A DNA stretch of 64,000 bases from an uncultured Solirubrobacterales bacterium (GCA_963739875.1 CAVUCD010000001.1:379691-443690), one strand, 5' to 3'; numbered from the stretch's first letter, positions 36,489-47,314 are shown. Notes: a model not told the origin generated them from the sequence alone. Program-made: numbers and translations.

Positions 36489-38267
36489 TCAGTGCTCCGG
36501 CGAGTTTCCGCTTCCCGATCGAGATGCCGAGGTCGCGCAGCTGCCGGCCTCGACGGCCGCCGGGGCGCCGATGAGCAGGTCGAAGCCCGAGGCGGTCTTC
36601 GGGAAGGCGATCACGTCGCGGATCGTGTCGGCCCCGTAGAGGCGCTGGACGATGCGGTCGACGCCGTAGGCGATGCCGCCGTGCGGCGGCGCGCCGAAGC
36701 GCAGCGCCTCGAGCAGGAAGCCGAAGCGCGCCTCGGCGGTCTCGGCGTCGATCCCGAGCGCGGCGAAGACCTGCTGCTGGACCTCGGCGCTGTGGATACG
36801 GATCGAGCCGCCGCCGAGCTCCTGGCCGTTCCAGACGACGTCGTAGGCGTGCGCCCGCGCCGCGCCCGGGTTCTCGGGGTCGAACTCGCCGGTCGGCGCG
36901 GTGAACGGGTGGTGCAGCGGGTCCCAGCGCTCCTCGCCCTCGTTCCACTCCATCAGCGGCCAGTCGACGATCCAGACCAGCCGGTCCTCGTCCTCGTCGA
37001 TCAGCCCGAAGCGCTCGGCCAGGTCGATCCGCATCTGCCCCAGCACCGCGTCGGTGACCTTGCGCTGGTCGGCGACGAGCAGCAGCAGGTCGCCCTCCTC
37101 GGCGCCGAGCCGCTGGTTGAGGTCCGCCAGCTCCGCCTCGCTGAGGAACTTCGCCGTCGGCGAGCGCCAGCCCTCGCCCTCGCGGAAGGCCCAGACCAGG
37201 CCCTTGGCGCCGAGCTCCTGGGCGCGGGAGATCAGCCCGTCGAGCTCCGAGCGCGGCATCTCGCGGCGGCCGGCGTTGATGCCGCGGATCGAGCCGCCGC
37301 CCTCGAGCACCGAGCGGAAGACCTTGAACTCGGTCTCGCGCAGGGCGTCGCCGAGGTCGACCAGCTCGAGCCCGAAGCGCAGGTCGGGCCGGTCGGTGCC
37401 GAACCGCCCCATCGCCTCGTCGTAACACATGCGCTGCATCGGAACCTCGATCTTGGGACCGCCGACGCGGTCGAAGACGTGCGCCAGCAGCCGTTCGTTG
37501 ACGTCGATCACGTCGTCGCCGTCGACGAAGGACATCTCGATGTCGAGCTGGGTGAACTCGGGCTGGCGGTCGGCCCGGGTCGCCTCGTCGCGGAAGCAGC
37601 GCGCCACCTGGTAGTAGCGCTCGAACCCGGCGACCATCAGCAGCTGCTTGAACAGCTGCGGCGACTGCGGCAGCGCGTAGAAGGAGCCCTGCTGCTGGCT
37701 GCTGGGGACGAGGAAGTCGCGGGCGCCCTCCGGCGTCGAGCGGGTCAGCACCGGCGTCTCGACGTCGACGAAGCCCTCGCCGTCGAGGAACTCGCGCATC
37801 GCCGCGGTGACCCGGTGGCGCAGCATCAGCGCCTCGCGCATCTGCTCGCGGCGCAGGTCGAGGTAGCGGTGGCGCAGCCGCGCGTCCTCGCCGACCTCGC
37901 CCGAGTAGCCCTCGATCTGGAAGGGCGGCGTCTCGGCGTCGGCGAGCAGCTCGGCGCCGGTCACCTTGATCTCGACCTCGCCGGTCGGCAGCTCCGGGTT
38001 GACCGTCTCCGCCGAGCGCCGGACGACGTCGCCGCTGACGCTGAGCACGTCCTCGGGCCGCAGCTTGTGGCCGAGCTCGAACGCCTCGCCCGAGTTGTCG
38101 GGATGGAAGACGAGCTGGACGACGCCGGTGCGGTCGCGCAGGTCGATGAAGATCAGGCCGCCGTGGTCGCGGCGGCGGTTGACCCAGCCGGCGACCCGGA
38201 CCTCGGAGTCGACCCGGTCGGCCAGCACCTGGCCGCACCAGGTGTCGCGGTAGCGATTCGGGCTCAA
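36489..38267 (-). CDS. aspS: Aspartate--tRNA ligase
   Basis: 592-aa ORF in a single frame: FIDLRDRTG (OB fold), FYALPQSPQLFKQ, FRDEATRADRQPEFTQLD, GGGSIRIH, GGIAYGVDRIV. For the last ~20 codons an alternative frame (QLRDLGISI) looks more typical. Confidence 0.9.
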   Translation of the reverse strand: MSPNRYRDTWCGQVLADRVDSEVRVAGWVNRRRDHGGLIFIDLRDRTGVVQLVFHPDNSGEAFELGHKLRPEDVLSVSGDVVRRSAETVNPELPTGEVEIKVTGAELLADAETPPFQIEGYSGEVGEDARLRHRYLDLRREQMREALMLRHRVTAAMREFLDGEGFVDVETPVLTRSTPEGARDFLVPSSQQQGSFYALPQSPQLFKQLLMVAGFERYYQVARCFRDEATRADRQPEFTQLDIEMSFVDGDDVIDVNERLLAHVFDRVGGPKIEVPMQRMCYDEAMGRFGTDRPDLRFGLELVDLGDALRETEFKVFRSVLEGGGSIRGINAGRREMPRSELDGLISRAQELGAKGLVWAFREGEGWRSPTAKFLSEAELADLNQRLGAEEGDLLLLVADQRKVTDAVLGQMRIDLAERFGLIDEDEDRLVWIVDWPLMEWNEGEERWDPLHHPFTAPTGEFDPENPGAARAHAYDVVWNGQELGGGSIRIHSAEVQQQVFAALGIDAETAEARFGFLLEALRFGAPPHGGIAYGVDRIVQRLYGADTIRDVIAFPKTASGFDLLIGAPAAVEAGSCATSASRSGSGNSPEH

Positions 38268-38318
38268 CGGCGGCGCGCACCCTTGATCCAGGCGCTTGCG
38301 CGGTGCCCTCGCCCTCGC

Positions 38319-39570
38319 TCACGCTTCTCCTCCGGTCATCTCGTCGACAAGGTTGCCGGTGTCGACGGTTCGCTGCTCGCCGGTGCTCCATGTCGCGCAG
38401 CTGCGCCGAGCCGTCGGCCTCGAGGATCAGGACGCGGCGGGCGCCGAGCCGGTCGGCCTGTTTGAGCTGGCCCTTGAGGCCGCGGCCGGCGAGGTCGACC
38501 TCGGCCGAGAGGCCGGCGTGGCGCAGCTCGACCGCCAGCGCCATCGCCCGCTGCCGCTGGCCCGGGTCGGCGATCGCGACGAAGGCGTCGCGCCCGGCCG
38601 GCTCCTGCTCCTCGTCGAGCGCCAGCAGGATCCGCTCGATCCCGGCCGCCCAGCCGACCGCCGGGCGTCGCCGGGCCGCCGAGCTGCTCGATCAGGCCGT
38701 CGTAGCGACCGCCGCCGCCGATCTCCGACTGCGCGCCGAGCGCGTCGCAGACGAAGGAGAAGATCGTCCGCGTGTAGTAGTCGAGGCCGCGGACCAGGGT
38801 CGGGTCGATCACGTAGGCGACGCCGGCGGCGTCGAGCAGCGCCCGCACCTCGGCGAAGTGCTCGGCGTCCTCGCCCTCGAGGCCGCCGACGATCGTCGGC
38901 GCGCTCGCCATCACCGCCTCGCGTCCCCTCGTCGTCGGAGTCGAAGGCGCGCAGCGGGTTGAGGTCGATCCGCTCGCGCACGTCGTCGGAGAGCTCGCCC
39001 TCGTGCGCGTGCAGGTGCGCCTTCAGCTCCTCCAGGTAGGCCCGCGCGCGCGTCGAGCGAGCCGAGGCTGCCGAGCCGCAGCTCGACCCCGGGCACCCCG
39101 AGCTCGCCGAGCAGGTCGGAGAGCAGCATGATCACCTCGGCGTCGGCCAGCGGCGAGTCGGTCGCCGATCGCCTCCAGCCCGATCTGGTGGAACTGGCGG
39201 TAGCGGCCCGCCTGCGGGCGCTCGTGGCGGAAGAAGGGGCCGACGTAGGAGAGCTTCACCGGCTGCGCCAGTTTGTGCATCCCGTGCTCGAGGTAGGCGC
39301 GGCAGATCGGCGCCGTGCCCTCGGGCCGCAGGGTGAGGCTGCGCTCGCCCTTGTCCTCGAAGGTGAACATCTCCTTGCGGACGATGTCGGTCGACTTGCC
39401 GACCCCGCGCTCGAACAGCTCGGTGTCCTCGAAGCTCGGCGTCTCGATCGGCTCGTAGCCGGCGCGGGCGAGGATCGCCGCGCGCGACGCGCTTCGACCC
39501 GGGCCCGCGCGCGGGCCTGCGCGGGCAGCACGTCGAAGGTCCCGCGGGGCGCCTGGTACTTGCTGGCCAT
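38319..39570 (-). CDS. hisS: Histidine--tRNA ligase, multiple apparent frameshifts
   Basis: [16 protein letters not shown] (39256..39570); [44 protein letters not shown] (39023..39370); [22 protein letters not shown] (38336..38914); the anticodon-binding domain is in the 36364..38544 frame. At least 6 frame changes. Confidence 0.85.
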
Positions 39571-39607
39571 GGTGGCGGCGACCTTAGATCGACCGGAAGC
39601 CGGTCGC

Positions 39608-40252
39608 CTACCGCGCCAGCTCGGCCAGGAACGGGTTGGTCGCCCGCTCGGCCGCCAGCGTCGTCAGCCCCATGTGGCCGGGATAGACGACGGTCTCCTC
39701 GGAGTGCCCGTCGACCAGGGTGCCGATCGAGGCCAGCAGCGTCGGCCAGTCGCCGCCGGGCAGGTCGACGCGGCCGACCGAGCCCTGGAAGAGGACGTCG
39801 CCGGAGAAGAGCGCGTCCTCGCCGCGGACCGCGTAGGTGACGTGGCCGGGGCTGTGCCCGGGGGTGAAGATGACGTCGAGCTCGAGCCCGGCCAGCTCCA
39901 GCGTCTCGCCGCCGGCGACCGTCTCGTCGGCGTCGTAGCTCTCGAACGGCCCGAAGCCCTCGCAGGGGACGAAGCTCATGATGTCGGCGAGCACCGGCAC
40001 CTCGATCTCGGGGCAGTAGACCGGCGCCCCGGTCGCCGCCGCCACCGGCGCGACGGCGCCGATGTGGTCGAAGTGGCAGTGGGTGATCAGGATCGCCTCG
40101 ACCTCGGCGCCGGTCGCGGCGACCGCGGCGAGGATCCGCTCGGCCTCCTCGCCGGGGTCGACGATCAGCAGCTTGTCGGAGCCCTCGCGGCGCAGCAGGA
40201 AGCAGTTCTCGGCGACCGGGCCGACGGTGAGCATCTCGACATCGAGGCTCAC
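39608..40252 (-). CDS. MBL-fold metallo-hydrolase (glyoxalase II-like)
   Basis: From GTG 40252: ILITHCHFDHIG (HxHxDH), TPGHSPGH, YPGH. Confidence 0.8.
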   Translation of the reverse strand: MSLDVEMLTVGPVAENCFLLRREGSDKLLIVDPGEEAERILAAVAATGAEVEAILITHCHFDHIGAVAPVAAATGAPVYCPEIEVPVLADIMSFVPCEGFGPFESYDADETVAGGETLELAGLELDVIFTPGHSPGHVTYAVRGEDALFSGDVLFQGSVGRVDLPGGDWPTLLASIGTLVDGHSEETVVYPGHMGLTTLAAERATNPFLAELAR

Positions 40253-40624
40253 TGATCGTTCCGTTCGCGGATCCGCGCCCGCTCGCGTCGCCGCCAGAGG
40301 GTCATGTCGATGTAGTAGCCGGCGGGGATGTAGAAGGCGAGCATGAAGCCGCCGAAGGCGAGCGAGACGCCGAGCCGGTTTTTTGAAGATCACGATCAGC
40401 AGCAGGGCGAAGACGACGGCGGCGAAGAGGCCGCGGATCGACCGAGTTGCGCCAGGTCGGCGGCAGATCGGCTTTGGGCCCGCTCGGCTTGCTGCGATTC
40501 GAGCGCGCCCGGGCTTTCGGCCTCCTCGCGGCTGCGCGGGCGCCCGGCCGCGGGCCTTGGTGTCGATCCGGCCGCCCTGGGTGCCGCGGCGCTTGCGGCG
40601 GCGCTTTTTCTTCGTCTGGGCCAT
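40249..40624 (-). CDS. Small basic membrane-anchored protein, apparent frameshift in a homopolymer
   Basis: MAQTKKKRRRKRRGTQGG.. then TM LFAAVVFALLLIVIF. After the T6 run (40379-40384) the plausible continuation (LGVSLAFGGFMLAFYIPAGYYIDMTLWRRRE..NDQ stop) is in another frame. The stop overlaps the MBL GTG. Confidence 0.4.
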
Positions 40625-40642
40625 GGCGTGAATCTAGATGAT

Positions 40643-41545
40643 TTAGCTCGATCGTGCGAGGCGCGCGAGGCCGTCGCTCGATCACGTGCTGTTCCGGGGT
40701 CGAAGCCGCGCATCGGCACGTCCGCCGGGATACCCGGCCAGCGCCGCCGCCGGGACCAGCCCGACCAGCTCGGCCTCGAGCGGCCGGGCGCCGAGCGGCG
40801 CCGCCAGCTCCCGCACCGCCTCGACCACCGTCGCCCAGCGGCACCGCCAGCGGGTCGTGGACGTTGGTCGAGACCTGGGCGCGGCCGCTGGAGAGCAGCA
40901 GGCCGATCGCCCGCACCCCCGGCAGGCCCGCCGCCGGACTCGCGCAGGCCGGCGGCGACCGCGCGGGCGACCTCGACGTCGCCGCTGTCGAGCTCGACGT
41001 TGAAGGCGGCGAGCGGCGGGCGGGCGGTGACCAGGGTGGCGCCGCCGCGCGGGTGCGGCAGGCCGGGGCCGAAGTCGGGGCGCAGCTCCCCCGACTCCAT
41101 CCGCAGCCAGAGCTCGGCGAGGCCGCCGTTGCGGAAGTAGGCGCGCTCGGCCCGGGCCGGGTCGTGCGCCAGCTCGCCGTAGAGGAAGACGGGAACGCCG
41201 AGGCCGCCGATCTGGGTCGCGACCGCGACCGCCTCGGTCCGGGCGGCGTCGCGGTCGCCGCGGTCGAGCCAGACCAGCGGGCAGACGTCGAGCGCCCCGA
41301 TCGCCGGGTGGGCGCCGCCGTAGCGGTCCATGTCGATCGTCTCCAGCGCCACCTCGGCGCCGGAGACCAGCGCGTCGGTCAGCTCGCCCGCGGTCCCGGC
41401 GAGGGTGAAGACGGTGCGGTCGTGGTCGGCGTCGGTGTGGCGGTCGAGCAGGGCCGCGCCGCGCCCGAAGGCGGCTTCGAGATCGCCGAGCCGCGCGCTC
41501 GTCGCTTCCCTCCGAGACGTTGGGGACGGCGAGCAGGGTCGGCAT
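40643..41545 (-). CDS. Glutamate formimidoyltransferase-like (FtcD N-terminal domain) protein, apparent frameshifts
   Basis: ATG 41545 MPTLLAVPNVSEG (family hallmark). The core is in ORF 40396..41352 (GAHPAIGALDVCPLV..). The C-terminal part is in two further frames, and the stop is tentatively TAA 40643. Confidence 0.7.
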
Positions 41546-41570
41546 GTCCGGCAGGCTAGCCTGTGGGCCG

Positions 41571-42433
41571 ATGGCGATCGAGGCGATCAGGACGAGTCCG
41601 TCGGCACCCTGGCCCTGGGCGACCTCGAGGTGCGACGCCTCGGCTACGGCGCGATGCGGATCACCGGCGACGGAGTCTGGGGACCGCCGGCCGATCGCGA
41701 GCAGGCGCTCGCCGTGCTGCGCCGCGCGGTCGAGCTCGGCGTCAACCTGATCGACACCGCCGACTCCTACGGGCCCGAGGTCAGCGAGGAGCTGATCGCC
41801 GAGGCGCTCCACCCCTACGGCGAGGATCTGGTGATCGCGACCAAGGGCGGCTTCACCCGGCCCGGCCCCGGCAAGTGGGTGCCGCGCGGCAGGCCCGAGT
41901 ACCTGCGCGAAGCCTGCGAGGGCTCGCTGCGACGGCTGCGGCTCGAGCGGATCGACCTCTACCAGCTGCACGTCCCCGATTCCGACGTTCCCTACGAGGA
42001 GTCGGTCGGGGCGCTGAAGGACCTTCAGGACGAGGGCAAGATCCGCCAGATCGGCGTCTCCAACGTCAGCCTCGAGCAGCTCGCGACGGCGCGCGGAGAT
42101 CGTCGACGTCGTCTCGGTCCAGAACCGCTTCAACCTCGGCGAACGCTTCGCCGCCGAGGTACTCGAGGTCTGCCAGGCGCGACGGGCTCGCCTTCATCCC
42201 CTGGTTCCCGCTCAACGCCGGCTCGCTGGCCGAGCCCGGCGGCGCCGCGGCGGAGATCGCCGAGCGCCACGGCGCCAGCCCGGCCCAGATCGCCCTCGCC
42301 TGGCTGCTCGCGACCCCGGCGACGCTTGCCAATTCCCGGCACCAGCTCGGTCGAGCACCTCGAAGAGAACCTCGCCGCCGCGAGCATCGACCTCTCCGAC
42401 GAAGAGGTGGCGGACCTCACCGCCGCGGCCTGA
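41571..42433 (+). CDS. Aldo/keto reductase, apparent frameshifts
   Basis: RRLGYGAMRITGDGVWGPP..NLIDTADSYGP..DLYQLH..IGVSN, then ..SVQNRFN and ..IPGTSSVEHLEENL in shifted frames. Breaks near 41595, 42095 and 42330. Confidence 0.8.
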
Positions 42434-42505
42434 CCCGGTCCGGGGAGGTCTCGACGCAGCCTCCCCGCTGTTGCTGCGGCGAGTACCTCCCCGGACCGCC
42501 AGACC

Positions 42506-43468
42506 TCAGAGCAGCAGGTCGCCGCCTCCCACGATCGTCTCGCCGTCGACTTCGACCGTCGGTTCGAGCAGTACGCAGTCGAGGTGGACCGGCACCTGAA
42601 CGGTGCCGCCGATCGCGGCCGAGGCGCCGAAGGCGATGTGGGCGGTGCCGAGGATCTTCTCGTCCTCGAGCACGTTGCCGGTCAGGATCGCCTCTTCGTT
42701 GGTGCCGATCCCGAGCTCGGCGACGTTGGTGCCGTCGGGCCCGTGGGCGCTCAGCAGTTCCATCAGCTCGGCGCCGTCGGAGCCGGTCGTGTCGGTCAGG
42801 TGGCCGGCGCGGACGGTCAGCGAGGTCGGCGTGTCGAGCAGGCCGACGCCGGCGATCGAGCCGTCGACGACCAGCGTTCCCTCCGCCGTCCCCTCCAGCG
42901 GGGCGATGAAGCCCTCGCCGCAGGGCAGGTTGCCGAAGGCGCCGCGGTTGCTGAGTTCGCCGGCGTCGACGATCCCCAGCCGGCCCTCGATCCCGAAGCG
43001 GAAGTCGCTGCCGTGGCGGCAGGTGATCCGCACCTCGGAGCCGCTGTTCAGCGCCGAGACGACCGCCCAGCCGCGGCGGCGGATCTCCTCCAGGTCGCCG
43101 GTCATCAGCCGGATCAGCATCTCCTCGGTGACGCCCGGCAGGGTGCCGATGCGGACGCCGGCATCGCTCGCCTCCTTGCGGGCGGCGGTGTGGGAGAGCG
43201 ACTGGATCGTCGGCGCCAGCACCACGTCGGCCGCGGCCATCGCCGCCGCCAGCGCCCGCGGCGGCTCCGCCGCGTGCGAATCGCGCTCCGACATCACCGC
43301 CAGCGTCGCGTCGGCGCCGTCGCCCTGCGCCTCGATCCTCATCAGCGCCCCGATCTCTTCCGTGACCGGGTTGCAGACGACCAGAACGTCCTCTCCGGGA
43401 GAGACGCCCATGCACTGGCGAACCACCGTCCGCACCGCCCTGTCCAGCTCCCCGCTCACCGTCCCCAC
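42506..43468 (-). CDS. Aminopeptidase, M29/AmpS-like (COG2309-type)
   Basis: Intact 320 aa: GNLPCGEGFIAP..ELGIGTNE..HIAFG. Family assignment from memory. Confidence 0.55.
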   Translation of the reverse strand: MGTVSGELDRAVRTVVRQCMGVSPGEDVLVVCNPVTEEIGALMRIEAQGDGADATLAVMSERDSHAAEPPRALAAAMAAADVVLAPTIQSLSHTAARKEASDAGVRIGTLPGVTEEMLIRLMTGDLEEIRRRGWAVVSALNSGSEVRITCRHGSDFRFGIEGRLGIVDAGELSNRGAFGNLPCGEGFIAPLEGTAEGTLVVDGSIAGVGLLDTPTSLTVRAGHLTDTTGSDGAELMELLSAHGPDGTNVAELGIGTNEEAILTGNVLEDEKILGTAHIAFGASAAIGGTVQVPVHLDCVLLEPTVEVDGETIVGGGDLLL

Positions 43469-43494
43469 CCTAGCCTTGACGACGCCGAGTCGCC

Positions 43495-43761
43495 TCAGTC
43501 GTCGTCATGCCGATGACGAACCGCCCAGACCTGGAACCAGACCAGGCCCAGCAGCACCGCGCCGAAGGCGGCGAACGGCGCCCACCACCCCTGCGGACGG
43601 GCGATCGCCAGGCTCACCACCGCGAACGCGTCCACGACCAGCAGGAAGGCGACCAGCACCGGCCGCATCGCCGCCCATCCCGATCCCGGCGTCCGCCCAG
43701 AGCCGTCTGCCATGCCAACGAGGATCGCAGCCTCCGCAGCCGTCGAGCGCCGCCCCTCCAC
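43495..43761 (-). CDS. Small two-TM hypothetical protein
   Basis: 88-aa ORF, hydrophobic (PVLVAFLLVVDAFAVVSLAIA, FAAFGAVLLGLVWFQVW). The start is uncertain. Confidence 0.3.
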   Translation of the reverse strand: MEGRRSTAAEAAILVGMADGSGRTPGSGWAAMRPVLVAFLLVVDAFAVVSLAIARPQGWWAPFAAFGAVLLGLVWFQVWAVRHRHDDD

Positions 43762-43780
43762 CGCTATCCTGCCCGTCCCC

Positions 43781-43854
43781 GCCGGAGTAGCTCAGCTGGT
43801 TAGAGCAGCGGAATCATAATCCGCGTGTCGGGGGTTCGAGTCCCTCCTCCGGCA
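43781..43854 (+). tRNA. tRNA-Met (anticodon CAT; tRNA-Ile2 cannot be excluded)
   Basis: GCCGGAG-TA-GCTC-AGCTGGTTA-GAGC-A-GCGGA-ATCATAA-TCCGC-GTGTC-GGGGG-TTCGAGT-CCCTC-CTCCGGC-A. A 74-nt cloverleaf with a perfect 7-bp acceptor stem. CCA is not encoded. It lacks initiator features. Confidence 0.9.
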
Positions 43855-43857
43855 TCG
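43843..43857 (+). repeat. Direct repeat copy 1 (tRNA 3' end, candidate attL core)
   Basis: CCTCCTCCGGCATCG: the last 12 nt of the tRNA plus 3 nt. Confidence 0.7.
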
Positions 43858-44051
43858 CTTGTCGCCTGGATTTCGGTGCTGACCTCCAATAGTCACTCGG
43901 CGGGCCGTCGGCGACTCTTAACAGAGCAGCGTCACAGGGCCGAAAGCTATGGTTGGATGCCGGCTCGCGGTTCGCGGCCTCGGCGGCGATGCGACGTCGT
44001 CCCAAGTGCAGCGATGGCCGCTGCCACTTCGTCCAAGCCGCGCTCAGCTGA

Positions 44052-44495
44052 TCAGGAATCTCGGTGATACGTTGCGGTTCGGTCAGGCTTGTCGAAGGTG
44101 CCTCCCTTAATGCGATTGGTCACGTTCGAGGACTTCTTTGACCGCTTCGACGCTGAGCCGTCTTGGCCTCGGACATTTTCAGCCACGCGGTCGGTTATCG
44201 AGTTGCATCTTGGTCGTGCCGATAGACGGTCTTCATCGCCCCCGACCTGTTCTTTGTGGACGACCTCCACGAGGCTCGCAGATCCCGCAGCTCCTGACGT
44301 GGTAGCTGATATTGGAGAGCGGCACGTCTTCAAGCTGGTCCTCCAGTTCCGATGAACTCGCCGGGTTGGTGTTCGAACATCGCCAGGATCTTTGCCCGGA
44401 GGGGATGGCTCATCGCTCGGGCGAGGCGTTCCTCCAGCGTCGAGCCCCTCTTTCGACTTCCTGCCCTTCTTCTTGCCCGACGTTTTCGTCGCCAT
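44052..44495 (-). pseudogene. Degraded ArsR-like winged-helix regulator
   Basis: Stitching three minus-strand frames gives ..LEERLARAMSHPLRAKILAMFEHQPGEF / SELEDQLEDVPLSNISYHVR / ELRDL..LVEVVHKEQVGG, a classic ArsR-type HTH. No single frame reads through. The region is A/T-richer than its flanks. Confidence 0.45.
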
Positions 44496-44826
44496 CTATT
44501 CACCTTTCAACTTGCTGACCAGTTAAGAGACCGAGAGTGTTACTTGCCGTAAGCGGATCGCCAGCAAAGTCGGGCTCACCGCTGCAATCACCTCGACTGC
44601 TGCAATTGCTTCGAGTGAAAACGATCCTTCGCGTCTCCGGGGCTGGGGAACCGAGGCTCCCCGGCGGAGGGTCGGCAACGCGGGAACGATGGAGGGAGGT
44701 GAGAGCAATGACGGTCAAGTCCGTAGGCCACGCTGTGCCGACGGCGGATGGTCGACCAAGGCATGGCGTAGCAAGCCGTTCTAGAGATCGGTCGCGCCTT
44801 GCTAGCGGGCGCACCGAATTGGCACG

Positions 44827-44841
44827 CCTCCTCCGGCATCG
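44827..44841 (+). repeat. Direct repeat copy 2 (candidate attR core)
   Basis: Exact 15-nt match (CCTCCTCCGGCATCG) to 43843-43857, located 38 nt upstream of the aminotransferase ATG. Confidence 0.7.
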
Positions 44842-44878
44842 ACAAAGGCCCCGCTCGGGAATAGTCTCGAAGGCAGCC

Positions 44879-46247
44879 ATGGCCGACCTGACCGGCATCG
44901 ATCTGGCCCGCGTGCGAGAGCTCGAAGAGACCGAGAACGCTCGCTTCGTTGCCGAACGGCCCCGATCGATGGCGCTGCAGGAGCGGGCGCGACGCTCGAT
45001 GCCCCGGGGCGTGCCGATGGCGTGGATGGACGACCTCTACGAGCACCCCCCGATCTGGGTGTCCGACGGCGAGGGCTCCACCTTCACCGACGTCGACGGG
45101 CACACCTACCTCGACCTCTACGTGGCCGACATGAGCGCCTTCTGCGGCCACGCGCCGCGTCCGGTGATCGAGGCCGTCGCGAGTCGGATGGAGCTCGGCA
45201 ACCAGTTTCTGCTGCCCGGCGAGGATGCGATCGCCGTGTCCGAGCACCTCGCCGACCGCTACCGGCTGCCGAAATGGCAGTTCACCCTCTCGGCCACGCA
45301 GGCGAATACGGAGGTGATCCGCCTCGCGCGGGAGCTCACCGGTCGGGAGATCGTGCTGGTGTTCGACGGCAAGTACCACGGCGAGGGAGACGCGACGCTC
45401 GTGATCGAGGAGGGCGATCGGGTGGTCGCGGAGCACCCGGGTCTCCCGCCGTGGATCGGGGAAGGTGCTCGGATCGTCCAGTTCAACGACGTCGCCGCGC
45501 TCGAGGCCGCGCTCGCGCCGGGCGACGTGGCCCTCGTGCTCGCCGAGCCCGCGATGACCAATGCCGGTTTCCTCCTCCCCCAGCCCGGATACCACGAGGC
45601 GCTCCGCAGGGTGACGCGCGACACGGGCACGCTGCTGGCGCTCGACGAGGTCCATACGCTCGTGTGCGCCTACGGCGGCCTCGCGCGGGGACTGGGGGCT
45701 CGAACCGGACTTCCTCACCGTCGGCAAGTCCCTGGCGGCCGGCGTCCCTCTCGCGGCCTATGGGATGCGCGACGAGATCGCCTCCGTGATCGCGCCGCCG
45801 GAGGAGTCGCGCGTCGTCTCGGGGGCCTTCGTCGAAGAGGTCGCGACCGGCGGCACCCTGTTCGCGAACGCGATGTCGATGGCAGCCGGGCGCGCCGCGC
45901 TCCTCGACGTCCTCACCGAGGAGGCCTTCGAACACACCGCCGCCCTTGGCGAGCGGATGGCGACCGGCCTCAGAGCGGCGATCGGGAGTGCCGCCGTCCG
46001 CTGGAGCGTGGCGCAGCACGGCGCTCACGCCTCCTACTTCTTCACGCCTGAGCCCCCCATCGACGGCGCCGGCTCGCGCGCCGCCGACGACCCGGACCTG
46101 CGGGCGCTGATCCGCGTCTACATGGCGAACCGCGGCGTCTGGGAGTCGGGATGGTGGCTGGGCCCCACCGTCTCGATCGCCCACGACACCGCCGAGGTCG
46201 ATCGTTACGTCGGCTTGTTCGGGGAGTTCCTCGGCGAGGTGACGTGA
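44879..46247 (+). CDS. Class III aminotransferase (glutamate-1-semialdehyde aminomutase-like), apparent frameshift
   Basis: MADLTGIDL..TFTDVDGHTYLDLY..EPAMTNAG..LALDEVHT, then ..TVGKSLAAGVPLAAYGM and ORF 45765..46247. The break is near 45695. Confidence 0.8.
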
Positions 46248-46292
46248 CCGAAGTGCCCAAGCCAGATCGAGAAGGCGCCGAGGCGACTTGGC

Positions 46293-46761
46293 ATGATCTG
46301 GCAGGTGACCGGCAGAGCCCGCCGCGGCGCAGCACCTGCGCGACCTCGCGCACCTGCGCCGCGCCCGCGATCTGATCGACCGCGAGTACGCGCGCCCGCT
46401 CGACGTCGCCGCGCTCGCCCGCGCCGCGCTGATGTCGACCGCGCACTTCTCGCGGCAGTTCCGCGCGACGTACGGGGAGACGCCCTACGCCTACCTGATG
46501 ACGCGCCGAATCGAGCGGGCGAAGGCGCTGCTGCGCCGCGGCGATCTGTCGGTCACCGAGGTCTGCATGGCGGTCGGGTGCACGTCGCTCGGCTCGTTCA
46601 GCGCCCGCTTCACCCGGCTGGTGGGCGAGACCCCGACGGCCTACCGGGGCGGTGACCACGGCGCGCTCGCGGGGGTGCCGGGCTGCGTCGCCAAGGACAT
46701 CACCCGACCGAGTCGCAAGCCGAGCAGGATCGGAGAAACGCAGCTGGTGTCGACGCCCTAG
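46293..46761 (+). CDS. AraC family transcriptional regulator (short), apparent frameshift
   Basis: ARDLIDREYARPLDVAALARAALMSTAHFSRQFRATYGETPYAYLMTRRIERAKALL..VTEVCMAVGCTSLGSFSARF. The N-terminal few codons are in another frame (break near 46320). Confidence 0.7.
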
Positions 46762-46771
46762 CCTTGGCGAC

Positions 46772-47179
46772 ATGAACCTCACACTCTCCACCTGCTTCGT
46801 TCAAGTCAACGACCCCGACCAGGCGCTGAGCTTCTACCGCGACGAGCTCGGCCTCGAGTTGCGCAACGACGTCGCCAAAGGCGACTACCGATGGATCACC
46901 GTCGGCGCCGCCGCCCAGCCCGACGTCGCGGTGGTCCTCACCAACTACGTCAACGGCGGTCCTGACGACGGCGACACCGTCTCCGCCCTGCTCGCCAAGG
47001 GCGCCATGAACGGCGTCCACTTCCACACCGACGACCTCGACGGCATCTTCGAGAAGCTGCGCGCGTCGGGTGTCGAGATCGTCGAAGAGCCCAAGGAGCA
47101 GCCGTGGGGCACGCGGGACTGCGCCGTGCGCGACCCGTCCGGCAACCTGGTGCGGATCGACCAGCCGCCCGCCGCGTAG
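46772..47179 (+). CDS. VOC (glyoxalase/bleomycin-resistance) family protein
   Basis: 135 aa from ATG 46772, ..QPWGTRDCAVRDPSGNLVRI. Paired with a short AraC-type regulator. Confidence 0.8.
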   Translation: MNLTLSTCFVQVNDPDQALSFYRDELGLELRNDVAKGDYRWITVGAAAQPDVAVVLTNYVNGGPDDGDTVSALLAKGAMNGVHFHTDDLDGIFEKLRASGVEIVEEPKEQPWGTRDCAVRDPSGNLVRIDQPPAA

Positions 47180-47314
47180 AGCTGGCTCGGCGACGTCGCA
47201 TCGGCAGCCGCGCTGCGCTCATTGCCGCAACTCTGGCTGAGCCTCTCGGTTAGCGCGACCAAGAGCGAGGGCCGTCCGCCCTCCCAGAGCGGGATCAGCC
47301 AAGGAGGAGCAGGG

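Noticed and set aside
44708-44878. ATG at 44708 with a strong GGAGGGAGG upstream that would add 57 codons to the aminotransferase.
   Set aside because: The extension is Arg-rich and non-protein-like and runs across the att-like repeat. ATG 44879 (MADLTGIDL) fits the family N-terminus.
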